Source: Vulcanimicrobiota bacterium (lineage in GTDB: Bacteria; Vulcanimicrobiota; Vulcanimicrobiia; Eremiobacterales; Eremiobacteraceae). From it: a stretch of 64,000 bases of DNA. The translations under genes were made by a program, and so were the position numbers. Under the pieces are notes generated by a model. The model was not told the origin of the DNA and ran no database searches. It saw only the letters and a list, made by a program, of their open reading frames with translations. Positions 1 to 9,695 of the stretch are shown in pieces (position 1 is the first letter of the stretch; every line of letters starts with the position of its first letter). The stretch lies in NCBI GenBank assembly GCA_963805945.1, contig CAWDVP010000004.1:96001-160000 (forward strand). Reading direction: 5' to 3'.

Positions 1-118
1 CGAAGGTCGCGCGAACCGCGGCGATGGCCGCTTCCATCTTCTTCTTGTGGTCAGGATCGCGGAAATCGATGAACGGCTCGTTCGTGAACTCGGAGACGCG
101 CTCCAGGACGCTTGCCAT
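1..118 (-). CDS. rocA: 1-pyrroline-5-carboxylate dehydrogenase, N-terminal part (runs off window edge)
   Basis: Hand translation MASVLERVSEFTNEPFIDFRDPDHKKKMEAAIAAVRATF resembles the NEP-x-DF N-terminus of RocA/PruA. Confidence 0.7.
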   Translation of the reverse strand, partial: MASVLERVSEFTNEPFIDFRDPDHKKKMEAAIAAVRATF

Positions 119-134
119 TAGGTTGTTGCTTTCT

Positions 135-162
135 ATGGAGCGGTCGACTTTAGTCGACCGTT
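135..162 (+). repeat. REP-like palindrome (GGAG variant)
   Basis: atggagCGGTCGAC-ttta-GTCGACCGtt. Confidence 0.8.
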
Positions 163-202
163 TGAAGAGCCGCGGTTTTCGGCGCGATGGTGAGGGGCTC
201 CC

Positions 203-1810
203 TCACACCGCGGCGGATGCCGTCGTGTCCACGCGCCCGCCGCGGCCGCCCTTGCGTGCCGACGAATAGGCGCGCAGCGCTTTGCCGAAGCGGCGCATCG
301 CCTCGGCCGCGTGCTCTTCGGGCAGTTTGCCGAAAGAGAGACGCAGCGTGTTGGCCTCCGGCGCGGTGGGATAGAACGGCGTGCCGGGCAAGAAGATGAC
401 GCCCTCTTGGGCCGCGTAGCCGAAGAGCTCCATCGCTGACCAGTCCGCCGGCAACTCGACCCATATGTTGAGCCCGCCTCGCGGCAGCAGCGCCCGACCG
501 CCTTCGGGCAGGACCCGCTGGAGTTCTTCGTAGAGCGCGTCGCGCCGGCGCTTGTAGAGGAAGCGCGTCGCGCGCAAGTGCCGGCTCGCCGCTTTCGATT
601 CGAGGAAACGCAGCAGCGCGCGCTGCGCGACCGTGGTGGTGAACGAGTCGGCTCGCAGTTTGGCGGCGTACAAGGCCTGCAGCGCGGCGCCCTTGGCCGC
701 GATGTAGCCGATGCGCAGGCTCGGCATGAGCAGCTTCGACATGCTCTCCATCAGCACGACGCGGCCGTCGCGATCCGACGAGAACAGCGGCTGCGGCGCT
801 TCGGCGTCGTATGCCAGCGGCCAGCAGGTCTGGTCCTCGACGATGGTCAGCTGCGCGCGGCGCGCGGTGTCGAGGATCTTGCGATGCCGCGAGCGCGCGA
901 GGTACGCGCCGGTCGGGTTCTGCGCCGCGGTGTTGACGTACGCGACCTTCGGGCCGACGCGGTGGACCGCTTCGGCGAACGCGTCGGGCACCAGGCCGTC
1001 TTCGTCCGCGGCGAGGTTGGTCCACGACACGCGGCGCTGATCGAACACCTCGAGCGCGGAGAAGTACGTCGGCGCTTCGGCCGCCGCGACGCTGCCGTAT
1101 TCGAGCAGCGCCTCCGAGACGAGGCTCAGCGCCTGCTGCGCCCCGCTCACGATGAGGATGTCGTCGGCGTCGACGTCCGCGCCACGTGCGCTCAGGCGCT
1201 CGGCGAACAGCGCGCGCAGCGATTCGTCGCCGCGGTCGGCGCGATATTGGTGGATCTCGGCCGGGTCGTCGAGGAACGTGCGCGCGTAGCACTGCGCGAA
1301 GTCGGCGACGGGATAGGTCTCGGGCGCGGTGTGGCCGGCCGAGAGCGCGATCGCGCCGGGCCGCACCGCCGAGCGCAGCAGCTGCATCGCCGCGACGCGT
1401 CGGGTCTCGGCCGCATAGCGGTTCAGGCCCGCATCCCATTGGCCGACGGACGGTCGATCTAAAGATCGGCCCGCTACATGGCCGCGCATTTTCGGGCCGG
1501 TGGACCGGTCGAATTTATTCGACCGCTTCGGCGGCGCGATCTCGTCCGCGCCCGCATCGTACGACACGAAGGTGCCGCGGCCGGTGCGCGACTCGACGAG
1601 ACCTTCGGACGCGAGCACCTCGTAGGCTTGGCTCGCGGTCACCAGCGCGATGCCGTGCGTCTTGGCGACCTCGCGTTGCGGCGGCAGTTTCGCGCCCTTC
1701 ACGAGCACGCCGTCGCGGATCTGATTCGCGATGCCCTCGGCGAGCTGCTGGTACAGCGGCCGCCGGTCGCGGCCCGAGAGGGTCACCGCCGAGAAGGTGG
1801 TTGCCGGCAC
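203..1810 (-). CDS. MocR/GabR-family regulator (GntR HTH plus PLP aminotransferase-like domain)
   Basis: PLYQQLAEGIANQIRDG..KLPPQREVA HTH; QNPTG and SMSKLLMPSLRIGY motifs; GTG at 1810 with AGGAG upstream. Confidence 0.9.
   Translation of the reverse strand: MPATTFSAVTLSGRDRRPLYQQLAEGIANQIRDGVLVKGAKLPPQREVAKTHGIALVTASQAYEVLASEGLVESRTGRGTFVSYDAGADEIAPPKRSNKFDRSTGPKMRGHVAGRSLDRPSVGQWDAGLNRYAAETRRVAAMQLLRSAVRPGAIALSAGHTAPETYPVADFAQCYARTFLDDPAEIHQYRADRGDESLRALFAERLSARGADVDADDILIVSGAQQALSLVSEALLEYGSVAAAEAPTYFSALEVFDQRRVSWTNLAADEDGLVPDAFAEAVHRVGPKVAYVNTAAQNPTGAYLARSRHRKILDTARRAQLTIVEDQTCWPLAYDAEAPQPLFSSDRDGRVVLMESMSKLLMPSLRIGYIAAKGAALQALYAAKLRADSFTTTVAQRALLRFLESKAASRHLRATRFLYKRRRDALYEELQRVLPEGGRALLPRGGLNIWVELPADWSAMELFGYAAQEGVIFLPGTPFYPTAPEANTLRLSFGKLPEEHAAEAMRRFGKALRAYSSARKGGRGGRVDTTASAAV
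1448..1479 (-). repeat. REP-like palindrome inside the MocR CDS
   Basis: Minus strand reads atgtagcgGGCCGATC-ttta-GATCGACCgtcc. Confidence 0.75.
1500..1527 (+). repeat. REP-like palindrome inside the MocR CDS
   Basis: gtggacCGGTCGAA-ttta-TTCGACCGct. Confidence 0.75.
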
Positions 1811-1828
1811 GATCCAACTCCTGTCATG

Positions 1829-1855
1829 CTTGTACCTATAGATACCAGATACAAG
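1829..1855. promoter_or_regulatory. Putative MocR-family autoregulatory operator
   Basis: AT-rich CTTGTA...TACAAG inverted repeat enclosing ATACCA, the GabR-type half-site, just upstream of the MocR start. Confidence 0.45.
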
Positions 1856-1880
1856 TATAGCACGCGGAGCGTGGGTCGTG

Positions 1881-3182
1881 CTAGAGCGACCAGGACACCG
1901 TAGGCTCGATGTACTGCGTGCGCCCGAGCAGCCCGTTCTTGTTGAGGAAACTGGACGCATAGGCGAGCGTGACGCGCCAGCTCTTCGGCGACCAGTAGTT
2001 GACCTGCGCGGTCGTGCGCCCGAGCTCGCCGCCGGCGACGGTGCCGCCGTTCAAGTTTCCGTCCGAGTAACGCACGGCGATTTCGAACGCGCCGTTGTCG
2101 GGCCGCACCTGCTGCACGGAACCGAAGATCCCGCCGCGTTTCTTGTACGAGCGGTGGTCGCCGGTGATCATGAAGCTCAGCTGGGCATCCCAGCCGCCTA
2201 TCCACGGATCGCCCGTGCCGCCGCCGTAGACGCGCGTCGGATCGATCTCGCTGATGAACTGGAACGGGCCGCGCGCGACCGCGACCTCGTACCCGAGCGT
2301 CATCGCGCCTTTTGCCGCGAAGTTGCCCGTGTCGATGAAATTCGGCAGGTTGAAATCTTCGGGCTTCGAGCGGAAGCGCAGCGTGCCGTTCTGCTCGGTG
2401 CTGTAGCGCTCGTTGAAGCCGAGATGGATGAGGTCCGCGTCGTCTTTGTACTGAGCCAGCCAGGTGACCCGGGCGACGTACTGGTTGCCGGCGAGCGCCG
2501 GTCCGCCGCTCGTGATGAAGCCGTCGAAGTAGCCGACGGAATAGGTCATCCTTTCGTCGGCGGTGCTGCCGCTGAACCGGAATCCGTCGTTGCGCGAGGG
2601 GAAGAGCGCCGAGACATTCACCGGCAGCTCGTTGAACGAATAGAGGAGCCTTGAACCGAGGCGATCGAGCGCGGCGCCCTCCTTCTGTTTGCCGATCGAT
2701 AGCGCGCCGATGCGGCCGATGGGCGCCGTGACCGCGAGGTCGGTGAAGCTGAACGACGGCGCGTCGGTCTGGGCGTCGGCGCCGTCATAATTCACCGAGA
2801 CGATGAACGACCAAGGGTTCTTGAACTTGAGCTTGCCGTTGACGGTGAACCGGTCGGTGCGCAATTTCACCGACGGCCCAAGGCTGCCGACCTGCTCGAC
2901 GTTCGCGGCGTTCTGCGTCGGCACCACACCGCTGAGCGCGGCGACGATGCCGAGATGTCCGCTCCAGAACCTGCCATCCCACTCGTTCCAGGGGCTCAGT
3001 TCGCCCGGCTCGCCCTCGATCGGGATGCTCTCCTCTTCGGCGATCGGGTTTTCCGCCTCGTATGGCGTCGGCGAGGGCGACGGCGCAGGCGTGGGATCGG
3101 CGAGGGCTTGGCCCGCGCAGAGCACGACGAGCGCGGCGCAGACCAGCAAGCCGGCCGACGCTCGAGCGATAGTTTCTTTCAC
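1881..3182 (-). CDS. OprO/OprP-family phosphate-selective porin-like outer-membrane protein
   Basis: Signal peptide; IGKQKE, LRFRSKPE and GAFEIAVRYS motifs; beta-strand C-terminus. Confidence 0.75.
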   Translation of the reverse strand: MKETIARASAGLLVCAALVVLCAGQALADPTPAPSPSPTPYEAENPIAEEESIPIEGEPGELSPWNEWDGRFWSGHLGIVAALSGVVPTQNAANVEQVGSLGPSVKLRTDRFTVNGKLKFKNPWSFIVSVNYDGADAQTDAPSFSFTDLAVTAPIGRIGALSIGKQKEGAALDRLGSRLLYSFNELPVNVSALFPSRNDGFRFSGSTADERMTYSVGYFDGFITSGGPALAGNQYVARVTWLAQYKDDADLIHLGFNERYSTEQNGTLRFRSKPEDFNLPNFIDTGNFAAKGAMTLGYEVAVARGPFQFISEIDPTRVYGGGTGDPWIGGWDAQLSFMITGDHRSYKKRGGIFGSVQQVRPDNGAFEIAVRYSDGNLNGGTVAGGELGRTTAQVNYWSPKSWRVTLAYASSFLNKNGLLGRTQYIEPTVSWSL

Positions 3183-3518
3183 GATAGGGTTGTGGCGGCT
3201 GACTTTCGTGCGCGCCTGGCGTTCCTATTGTCCCCAGGTGCTACCATGACACCCACGATGATCTCCGCCATCACGAGCGCCGCGCGACGGGCTCGACCGG
3301 CAACTCCACAGTGTACTTGCGCCGACGAAGGTCGGGAAGTCCGGGCTTGGCCATCTCCATGCCCGCCGCTTCGATCGGCATTTCCTTATCGTTGACGCGG
3401 CCGGCGTGCCGCGCATCCACCACTCGAATGACTTCCGCTTTTGGTTCATCCATCGTCGCCGGTAGTACGGTGCGGCCGTGAGGCCGCCCTGCCCGGCTCA
3501 AGCAAAGTGAGGCATCCC

Positions 3519-4370
3519 ATGGCTATCAACACCGCAACCGCGCCCGACACGCTCGTCGACACCGAGTGGGCGCAATCGCATCTCACGGACACCGGCCTTC
3601 GTTTCGTCGAGGTCGACGTCGACACCACTGAATATGGCAAGGGCCATCTTCCCGGCGCGGTCGGCTTCAACTGGCAGACACAGCTCAACCATCCGGTGCG
3701 CCGCGACATCCCGAGCAAGGAAGAGTTCGAAGAGCTGCTGTCGGCTGCGGGCATCGCCAACGACACGACCGTCGTGCTGTACGGCGACAACAACAACTGG
3801 TTCGCCGCGTTCGCGCTGTGGCTGTTCAAGTATTACGGCCACGACAAGGTCGTGCTGATCGACGGTGGGCGCAAGAAATGGCTGGCGGAGAACCGGCCGC
3901 TCACACCTGAGGTCCCGTCGTATCCTCGCACCTCGTACAAGGTGGCGAAGGTGAACTCGCAGCTGCGCGCCACGCGCGACCTCGTCCTCGAGACGGTGCG
4001 CGATCGTTCGCGCAACCTCGTCGACGTGCGATCCGCGCCGGAGTTCAGCGGCGAGATCATCGCGCCGCCGGGCATGCCGGAGACCGCGCAGCGTGCCGGC
4101 CACATCCCCGGCGCGATCAACGTGCCGTGGAGCCAGGCGGTCAACGAGGACGGCACGTTCAAGTCGCGCGACGATCTCAAGCAGCTGTATGCGTCCAAGG
4201 GGCTCGACCCGTCGCGCTCGACGATCGCCTACTGCCGCATCGGCGAGCGCTCGTCGCACACTTGGTTCGTGCTGAAGTATCTGCTCGGCTTGGACGACGT
4301 GGTCAACTACGACGGATCGTGGACCGAGTACGGCAATCTCATCGGCGTGCCTATCGAGAAGAACGTCTAG
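3519..4370 (+). CDS. Tandem-domain thiosulfate sulfurtransferase (rhodanese, CysA/SseA-like)
   Basis: GHLPGA, YCRIGERSSHTWF and YDGSWTEYG motifs. Confidence 0.93.
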   Translation: MAINTATAPDTLVDTEWAQSHLTDTGLRFVEVDVDTTEYGKGHLPGAVGFNWQTQLNHPVRRDIPSKEEFEELLSAAGIANDTTVVLYGDNNNWFAAFALWLFKYYGHDKVVLIDGGRKKWLAENRPLTPEVPSYPRTSYKVAKVNSQLRATRDLVLETVRDRSRNLVDVRSAPEFSGEIIAPPGMPETAQRAGHIPGAINVPWSQAVNEDGTFKSRDDLKQLYASKGLDPSRSTIAYCRIGERSSHTWFVLKYLLGLDDVVNYDGSWTEYGNLIGVPIEKNV

Positions 4371-4398
4371 CGTAGGAAACCGCGCGCCTAGCACCCAA

Positions 4399-4432
4399 GG
4401 GGCCGAGCGTACGCGCTCGGCCTTCTTCTTTT
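4399..4432 (+). terminator. Intrinsic terminator after the rhodanese gene
   Basis: GGCCGAGCG-tacg-CGCTCGGCC followed by TTCTTCTTTT. Confidence 0.7.
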
Positions 4433-4444
4433 GGGGGTGCATTT

Positions 4445-5119
4445 GTGAATCGTTATATCGCTGAATTCGTCGGCACGTGGGTGCTCATGGTCGCCGGCAT
4501 CGGCACCGCGATGTATGACGGCAAGGGCGAGGGCCACCTCGGCATCTCGCTCGCTTTCGGCTTCGCGCTCTTGGCGCTCGTCTACGTCATCGGGCCGGTC
4601 TCCGGCTGCCACATCAATCCCGCGGTGACCATCGGCCTCGCGGTCGCCAAACGCTTCAGCTGGTCCGAGGTGCCGTGGTATGTCATCGCGCAAGTGCTCG
4701 GCGGCATCTGCGCGTTCGGCACGCTCGTGCTCGTGCTCTTCATCAACGGCAAGTACGACCAATCGCTCGCGGTCGCGGTCGCTAACGGCTACGATGCAAA
4801 CTCATCGCTCGGCGTCGGCTGGGCCGGCGCGTTCATCGTCGAAGCGTTCATGACGATGGTGCTCGTGTTCACCGTGCTCGGCGCGACCGCCGAGGGAGCG
4901 CCGGCGGGTTTTGCCGGCATCCCGATCGGCATCGCGCTCGCGGTGGCCAACTTCGTCGCCATCCCGGTCACCAACGCATCGATCAATCCGGCCCGCAGCA
5001 TCGGTCCTGCCCTCTACGCGGGCGGCGACGCGCTGACGCAGCTGTGGCTGTTCATCGTCGCGCCGATCGTCGGCGGCGTCATCGCGGCGCTCGTCTACGG
5101 CCTGCTTCGAAAGAAGTAG
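4445..5119 (+). CDS. aqpZ: Aquaporin Z-like MIP channel
   Basis: SGCHINPAVT and SINPARS NPA motifs. Confidence 0.88.
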   Translation: MNRYIAEFVGTWVLMVAGIGTAMYDGKGEGHLGISLAFGFALLALVYVIGPVSGCHINPAVTIGLAVAKRFSWSEVPWYVIAQVLGGICAFGTLVLVLFINGKYDQSLAVAVANGYDANSSLGVGWAGAFIVEAFMTMVLVFTVLGATAEGAPAGFAGIPIGIALAVANFVAIPVTNASINPARSIGPALYAGGDALTQLWLFIVAPIVGGVIAALVYGLLRKK

Positions 5120-5180
5120 CTCGCACCGGCGTGAGGGGCGGGCGGGCGCCGGCCGTCCCTGCGTCGAATCATCCACGCCC

Positions 5181-6344
5181 ATGACGACGCCAGCCCTCGA
5201 TCTCGAGCTCAGCCGCGACGAGCAGTCGCGCTACGGCCGCCATCTCATCCTGCCGGAGATCGGCAAGGCCGGCCAGCATGCGCTCAAAAGGGCGCGGGTG
5301 CTGCTCGTCGGCGCCGGCGGACTCGGTTCGCCGCTCGCGCTGTATCTCGCGGCTGCCGGCGTCGGCACGTTGGGCATCGTCGATCACGACGTGGTCGAGC
5401 TCTCCAACCTACAACGTCAGGTGCTCCATCCCACCGGCGCGGTTGGCACGCCGAAGACCGAGTCGGCCGCGCGCACCATCGCCAACGTCAATCCGCACGT
5501 CACGGTCGAGCCGCACTCGGTCCAGCTCAGCAGCGCGAACGCGCTCGAGATCCTGGGCGGCTATGAGATCGTCGTCGACGGCAGCGACAACTTCGCCACC
5601 CGCTATCTCGTCAACGACGCGTGCGTGCTGCTCGGCAAACCCGACGTCTACGGCTCGGTGTATCGCTTCGAAGGCCAGGCGTCGGTGTTCGACGCGCGCA
5701 ACGGCCCGTGTTACCGCTGCATCTTCCCCGAGCCGCCGCCGCCAGGCGCAGTGCCGTCGTGCGAGCAGGCGGGCGTGCTCGGCGTGCTGCCGGGCATCGT
5801 GGGGCTCATCCAAGCGACGGAGACGATCAAGCTCATCACCGGCGCCGGCGCACCGCTGCTCGGACGGCTGCTGATGTTCGACGCGCTCGAGATGCGTTTC
5901 CGCGAGCTCAAGCTGCGCAAGGATCCGCAGTGCCCGGTGTGCGGCCCCAACCCCTCCATCACCGCCTTGCTCGACTACGCACAGCTTTGCGGCGATGCTC
6001 CTATTGCGAGGAACGGCGAGATGGACGACTTCGAGATCACGGTGCGCGATCTGAAGAGCAGAATGGACCGCGGCGATAAGCTCGAGCTGCTCGACGTGCG
6101 GCGGCCCGACGAGCTCGCCGTCGCGAAGCTGCCCTACACGAAATGGATCGAGATGCGCGAGCTTGCGGCGCGCATGGCAGAGCTCGACAAGAACGCGGAG
6201 ATCATCGTGTATTGCCATTCCGGCGTGCGCAGCGCGCGCGCGACGCAGATGCTGCGCCAGGCCGGCTACGCGCACGCGCGCAACCTCGCGGGCGGCATCG
6301 ACCAATGGAGCCTCGACGTCGACCCGTCGGTCGAACGCTACTGA
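5181..6344 (+). CDS. moeB: MoeB/MoeZ adenylyltransferase with C-terminal rhodanese domain
   Basis: RYGRHLILPEIG, GAGGLG, SNLQRQ, PCYRC, CPVC and YCHSGVRS motifs. Confidence 0.92.
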   Translation: MTTPALDLELSRDEQSRYGRHLILPEIGKAGQHALKRARVLLVGAGGLGSPLALYLAAAGVGTLGIVDHDVVELSNLQRQVLHPTGAVGTPKTESAARTIANVNPHVTVEPHSVQLSSANALEILGGYEIVVDGSDNFATRYLVNDACVLLGKPDVYGSVYRFEGQASVFDARNGPCYRCIFPEPPPPGAVPSCEQAGVLGVLPGIVGLIQATETIKLITGAGAPLLGRLLMFDALEMRFRELKLRKDPQCPVCGPNPSITALLDYAQLCGDAPIARNGEMDDFEITVRDLKSRMDRGDKLELLDVRRPDELAVAKLPYTKWIEMRELAARMAELDKNAEIIVYCHSGVRSARATQMLRQAGYAHARNLAGGIDQWSLDVDPSVERY

Positions 6345-6360
6345 CGATGACCGCGCGCGG

Positions 6361-6777
6361 TCACTCCGTGCAGTAGCTGCGCGCCACAGCGTTCGTGATC
6401 GCCCAGAATTGTAGGCAGAAGACCAGCAGCGCGACGAGTCTCACGAAGAGACTCCCATCCCAGGCCGCCGGGCCGAGAGGCCAGTAGCCGAAAACCACAC
6501 CCGCCAGGTCGAATCCGATCGCGGCTCCCAAGCAGACCGCGCCGATCGTACGCCACAGCTTCTTGCCGAGCAAGATCCCGATTCCGATCGCGATGGAAAG
6601 CGTGCCCGAAACCGCGCGCTCCAGTCCGACCCCGGCGGACATCGCGCCGAGAAGCGGGTCCGTCTCCGTATGCTTGAGTTGACCGAACAGAGCCGGCACG
6701 AGCACCACGACGCCTTGGATGATGAACAACCCCACTGCGAGCCGCAGTGGGAGGAGCGCTCGATCTGCCTCGGTCAC
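6361..6777 (-). CDS. Hypothetical membrane protein
   Basis: About 4 hydrophobic segments; start overlaps the lutC stop. Confidence 0.6.
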   Translation of the reverse strand: MTEADRALLPLRLAVGLFIIQGVVVLVPALFGQLKHTETDPLLGAMSAGVGLERAVSGTLSIAIGIGILLGKKLWRTIGAVCLGAAIGFDLAGVVFGYWPLGPAAWDGSLFVRLVALLVFCLQFWAITNAVARSYCTE

Positions 6778-7487
6778 GACTGTTGATCTGCAATGCCGAC
6801 GACGAACACGATGAGCGCTCCGGGACCGTGCGCGCCGAGGACGAGCACTTTTTCGATGTCCGCTGAACGGCTAGGCCCGGTGATGATGACGCCCTCGCCC
6901 TTCGACCCATCGCGTGCAGCGCCGTAGAGCGAGCTCAGCGCCGCGTCGTCCATGTGGGGGTGGAGCTGCGACGCGTCAGCAAGCACGATGCAGGTGCGCG
7001 GCAGATACGGCAGCAGCCGTTCGCCGCGCGCCTTGAAGAGCGCGATCACCGAGCCGGTGTCGGCGAGCAGCGCTTCCGCCTCGACGATACCGCAGTTCGC
7101 CGCTTCGATCCGATCTTTCGTCGCGCCGGCCGCCTGGAAGAACCGGTCGCCCTTCAGGAGCGCAAGCGCAGCGCTCACACGCGTCGAGTTCTGCACCGCG
7201 GCGGTCGTCAGCCCGCGGTCGGTGAGGAAGCGCGCTAAGGCGAAAGGCAGTTCGCTCGCGGCGGAGACGAAGACCACCTCCCCTTGCAGCGCGATCAGCT
7301 CTTTCTTGAAAGCGGCTGCGAGCTCGGTGGTGTCCGTAGTGCCCGAGCGGAGCTCGGGGAACACGGACGCGATCGGCGGCAGCTCGCGCGCAGGCTCGTC
7401 CGCCAGCGCCGTGCGAATCGCGTCAAGCACATCGGCGCGCGCAGCACTCGACGTCTGCTTGGCCAGTTGAAGCGGATCGGTGCTCAC
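6774..7487 (-). CDS. lutC: LUD-domain lactate utilization protein C
   Basis: ITGPSRSADIEKVLVLGAHGP; GTGA coupling to lutB. Confidence 0.88.
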   Translation of the reverse strand: MSTDPLQLAKQTSSAARADVLDAIRTALADEPARELPPIASVFPELRSGTTDTTELAAAFKKELIALQGEVVFVSAASELPFALARFLTDRGLTTAAVQNSTRVSAALALLKGDRFFQAAGATKDRIEAANCGIVEAEALLADTGSVIALFKARGERLLPYLPRTCIVLADASQLHPHMDDAALSSLYGAARDGSKGEGVIITGPSRSADIEKVLVLGAHGPGALIVFVVGIADQQS

Positions 7488-8851
7488 TGCCGCTTTTCCC
7501 ACCATTCTTTGAACGTCTCGTCTGCCAAACGCGGCACCTCGCGCTGTTTCGCCCACGCGCCCAGCGGGCCAGGCCGCCAGCCGAGTTTCGCGAGCACGCC
7601 CGCACCCGTGCGCGCCAACCTCGTCGCGCGCCGATACTTGACCGCATCGCTCATCGCATCCGCCCACATCCCGAAGGCGGCGCGCTCGCTGCCCGAGCCG
7701 ACCGCTTTCTCGCTCACCGCTTTGTTGCGCAGGTGCACGAGCTGATGCGGCAGATCGATCTTGACCGGGCACTCCTCGCCGCACGCGCCGCACAGGCTCG
7801 AGGCGAACGGCAGTTCACCGGCCTTGTCGAGACCGAGCATCTGCGGCGTCTCGGTCGAGCCGATCGGCCCCGGATAGACCCAGCCGTACGCGTAGCCCCC
7901 GGCGCGGCGATAGATCGGACACACGTTCATGCACGCGCCGCAGCGGATGCAGTAGAGCGACTCGCGCGTCGCACGGTCTGCCATCACCTTGGTGCGGCCG
8001 GCGTCGATGATGATGCAGTACCACGTCTTGCCGTCGTCTGGCCCTAAGAAATGGTGCGTGTACACCGACAGCTTCTGGCCGGTCGCGGCGCGCGCGAGCA
8101 CGTGCAGGAACGGCGGCAGGTCCATGAGCCGCGGGATGATCTTCTCGATGCCCATGAGCGCGACGTACACCGGCGGCGCGGATGCCGAGAGCGCCTGATT
8201 GCCCTCGTTCTCGACGGTGACGACGGTGCCGGTCTCGGCGATCGCGAAATTGGCGCCGGTCATCCCGAGTTCGGCTTCCAGATAGCGCGTGCGCAGACGC
8301 GAGCGCGCGGCTTCGAGCAGCGCCTGCGGATCGTCCGTGTACGGGATGCCCAGCTTCTCGGTGAAGAGCTTGCCGATCTCTTGGCGCGACAGGTGCAGCG
8401 CCGGCGCGATGATGTGCGACGGCTTCTGGCCGGCGAGCTGCACGATGTACTCGCCGAGATCGGTCTCGACCGCGTCGATGCCGGCGGCCTCGAGCCGCTC
8501 GTTGAGCTCGAGCTCCTCCGAGAGCATCGACTTGCCTTTGACGACCGAATGCACGCCGTGCTTGCGACAGATGTCGAGGAAGTGCGCCGCGCCTTCTTCG
8601 GCGGTGCGCGCCCACAGCACGGTGCCGCCGCGCGCGCTGAACTGCTTCTCGAACTCGACGAGCAGCCAGTCGAGGTTGGCGATCGCGTATTCCTTGATCG
8701 CATGCACGCGCGCGCGCAGCTCCTGCCATGGCACCTGCTCTTGCGCGCGATGCTTGTCGTCGACGATGCGCGCCATGGTCGCCGGCATGCCGGGCGGACC
8801 GTGCGGATGCAGGAGCGCCGCGTGGACCGCCCGTTTGTCGTAGAGGCTCAC
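7484..8851 (-). CDS. lutB: Lactate utilization Fe-S protein B
   Basis: VETDLGEYIVQL, PSHIIAPALH, CIRCGACMNVCP and LCGACGEECP motifs. Confidence 0.93.
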   Translation of the reverse strand: MSLYDKRAVHAALLHPHGPPGMPATMARIVDDKHRAQEQVPWQELRARVHAIKEYAIANLDWLLVEFEKQFSARGGTVLWARTAEEGAAHFLDICRKHGVHSVVKGKSMLSEELELNERLEAAGIDAVETDLGEYIVQLAGQKPSHIIAPALHLSRQEIGKLFTEKLGIPYTDDPQALLEAARSRLRTRYLEAELGMTGANFAIAETGTVVTVENEGNQALSASAPPVYVALMGIEKIIPRLMDLPPFLHVLARAATGQKLSVYTHHFLGPDDGKTWYCIIIDAGRTKVMADRATRESLYCIRCGACMNVCPIYRRAGGYAYGWVYPGPIGSTETPQMLGLDKAGELPFASSLCGACGEECPVKIDLPHQLVHLRNKAVSEKAVGSGSERAAFGMWADAMSDAVKYRRATRLARTGAGVLAKLGWRPGPLGAWAKQREVPRLADETFKEWWEKRQ

Positions 8852-9612
8852 GTGGCGGCCAGCACTTGCGCGAGGTGCATCGTGCGGATGCCGGCGCTCG
8901 CGGGATCGCGCCGCAGCAGACCGTCGATCTGCATGAGACAGCTCGAATCGGCGGAGACGAGCACCTCTGCGCCCGTCGCGCGCACGTTGGCGCACTTGGC
9001 GTTGCCCATCGACGCCGACAGCTCGTCGAACTTGACGCTGAACAGGCCGCCGAAACCGCAGCACTCTTCGACCGCGGGCAGCTCGATAAGGGTGGCGTCT
9101 TTCACCGCGCGCAGCAGGCGCAGCGGCGCGTCGCCGACCTTGAGCTCGCGACGGCCGTGGCAGCCGTCGTGATAGGTGAGCGTGTGCGGGAAGCGCGCCC
9201 CGACGTCGATGACGCCGAGCGCTTCCACTAAGAACGTGGACAGCTCCCATACGCGCGCGCCGACTTCCGCGGCGAGCGAGCCTGGGTCGAGCGTCGGATA
9301 GAACACCTTGCACATGGACGCGCACGAGCCCGACGGCACGACGATCCATTCATAACCGTCGAACGTCTCGGCGAAATGTTGCGCGACTGGGCGGGCCTGG
9401 TCCCAGTGACCGGCGTTGAACGCCGGCTGGCCGCAGCAGGTCTGCTCGACCGGATAGCCGAGCGGTATGCCCAAGCGCTCGAACAGCGTGACCACGGACT
9501 TGCCGACGTCGGGATAGAGCAGATCGACGTAGCACGGCACGAAGAGCGCGACTCGATCTCCGGTCGCATAGGTCTTCTTCGTCTGCGGTAAGGCGGCGTC
9601 CATTGCGCGCAT
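8848..9612 (-). CDS. lutA: Lactate utilization protein A (CCG-domain Fe-S protein)
   Basis: QTCCGQP, SGSC, YHDGCH and ECCGFGG motifs; start uncertain (9603 or 9612). Confidence 0.9.
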   Translation of the reverse strand: MRAMDAALPQTKKTYATGDRVALFVPCYVDLLYPDVGKSVVTLFERLGIPLGYPVEQTCCGQPAFNAGHWDQARPVAQHFAETFDGYEWIVVPSGSCASMCKVFYPTLDPGSLAAEVGARVWELSTFLVEALGVIDVGARFPHTLTYHDGCHGRRELKVGDAPLRLLRAVKDATLIELPAVEECCGFGGLFSVKFDELSASMGNAKCANVRATGAEVLVSADSSCLMQIDGLLRRDPASAGIRTMHLAQVLAAT

Positions 9613-9695
9613 GGCTTTTGTGGCGGCATCGCTTTCACCCGCTGTCGTCCCGGCCGGCAAATGCGCGGCGACGACTCTTCGACAACAGCGCGGGC

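Noticed and set aside
3190..3500. Small ORFs or a riboswitch between the porin and rhodanese genes
   Set aside because: No recognisable motif; the candidate ORFs conflict in frame and no known aptamer pattern was seen.
3519..6344. Rhodanese plus MoeB as a ubiquitin-like or defence conjugation system
   Set aside because: No sulfur-carrier, JAB or E2 gene is adjacent; ordinary sulfur-relay housekeeping is sufficient.
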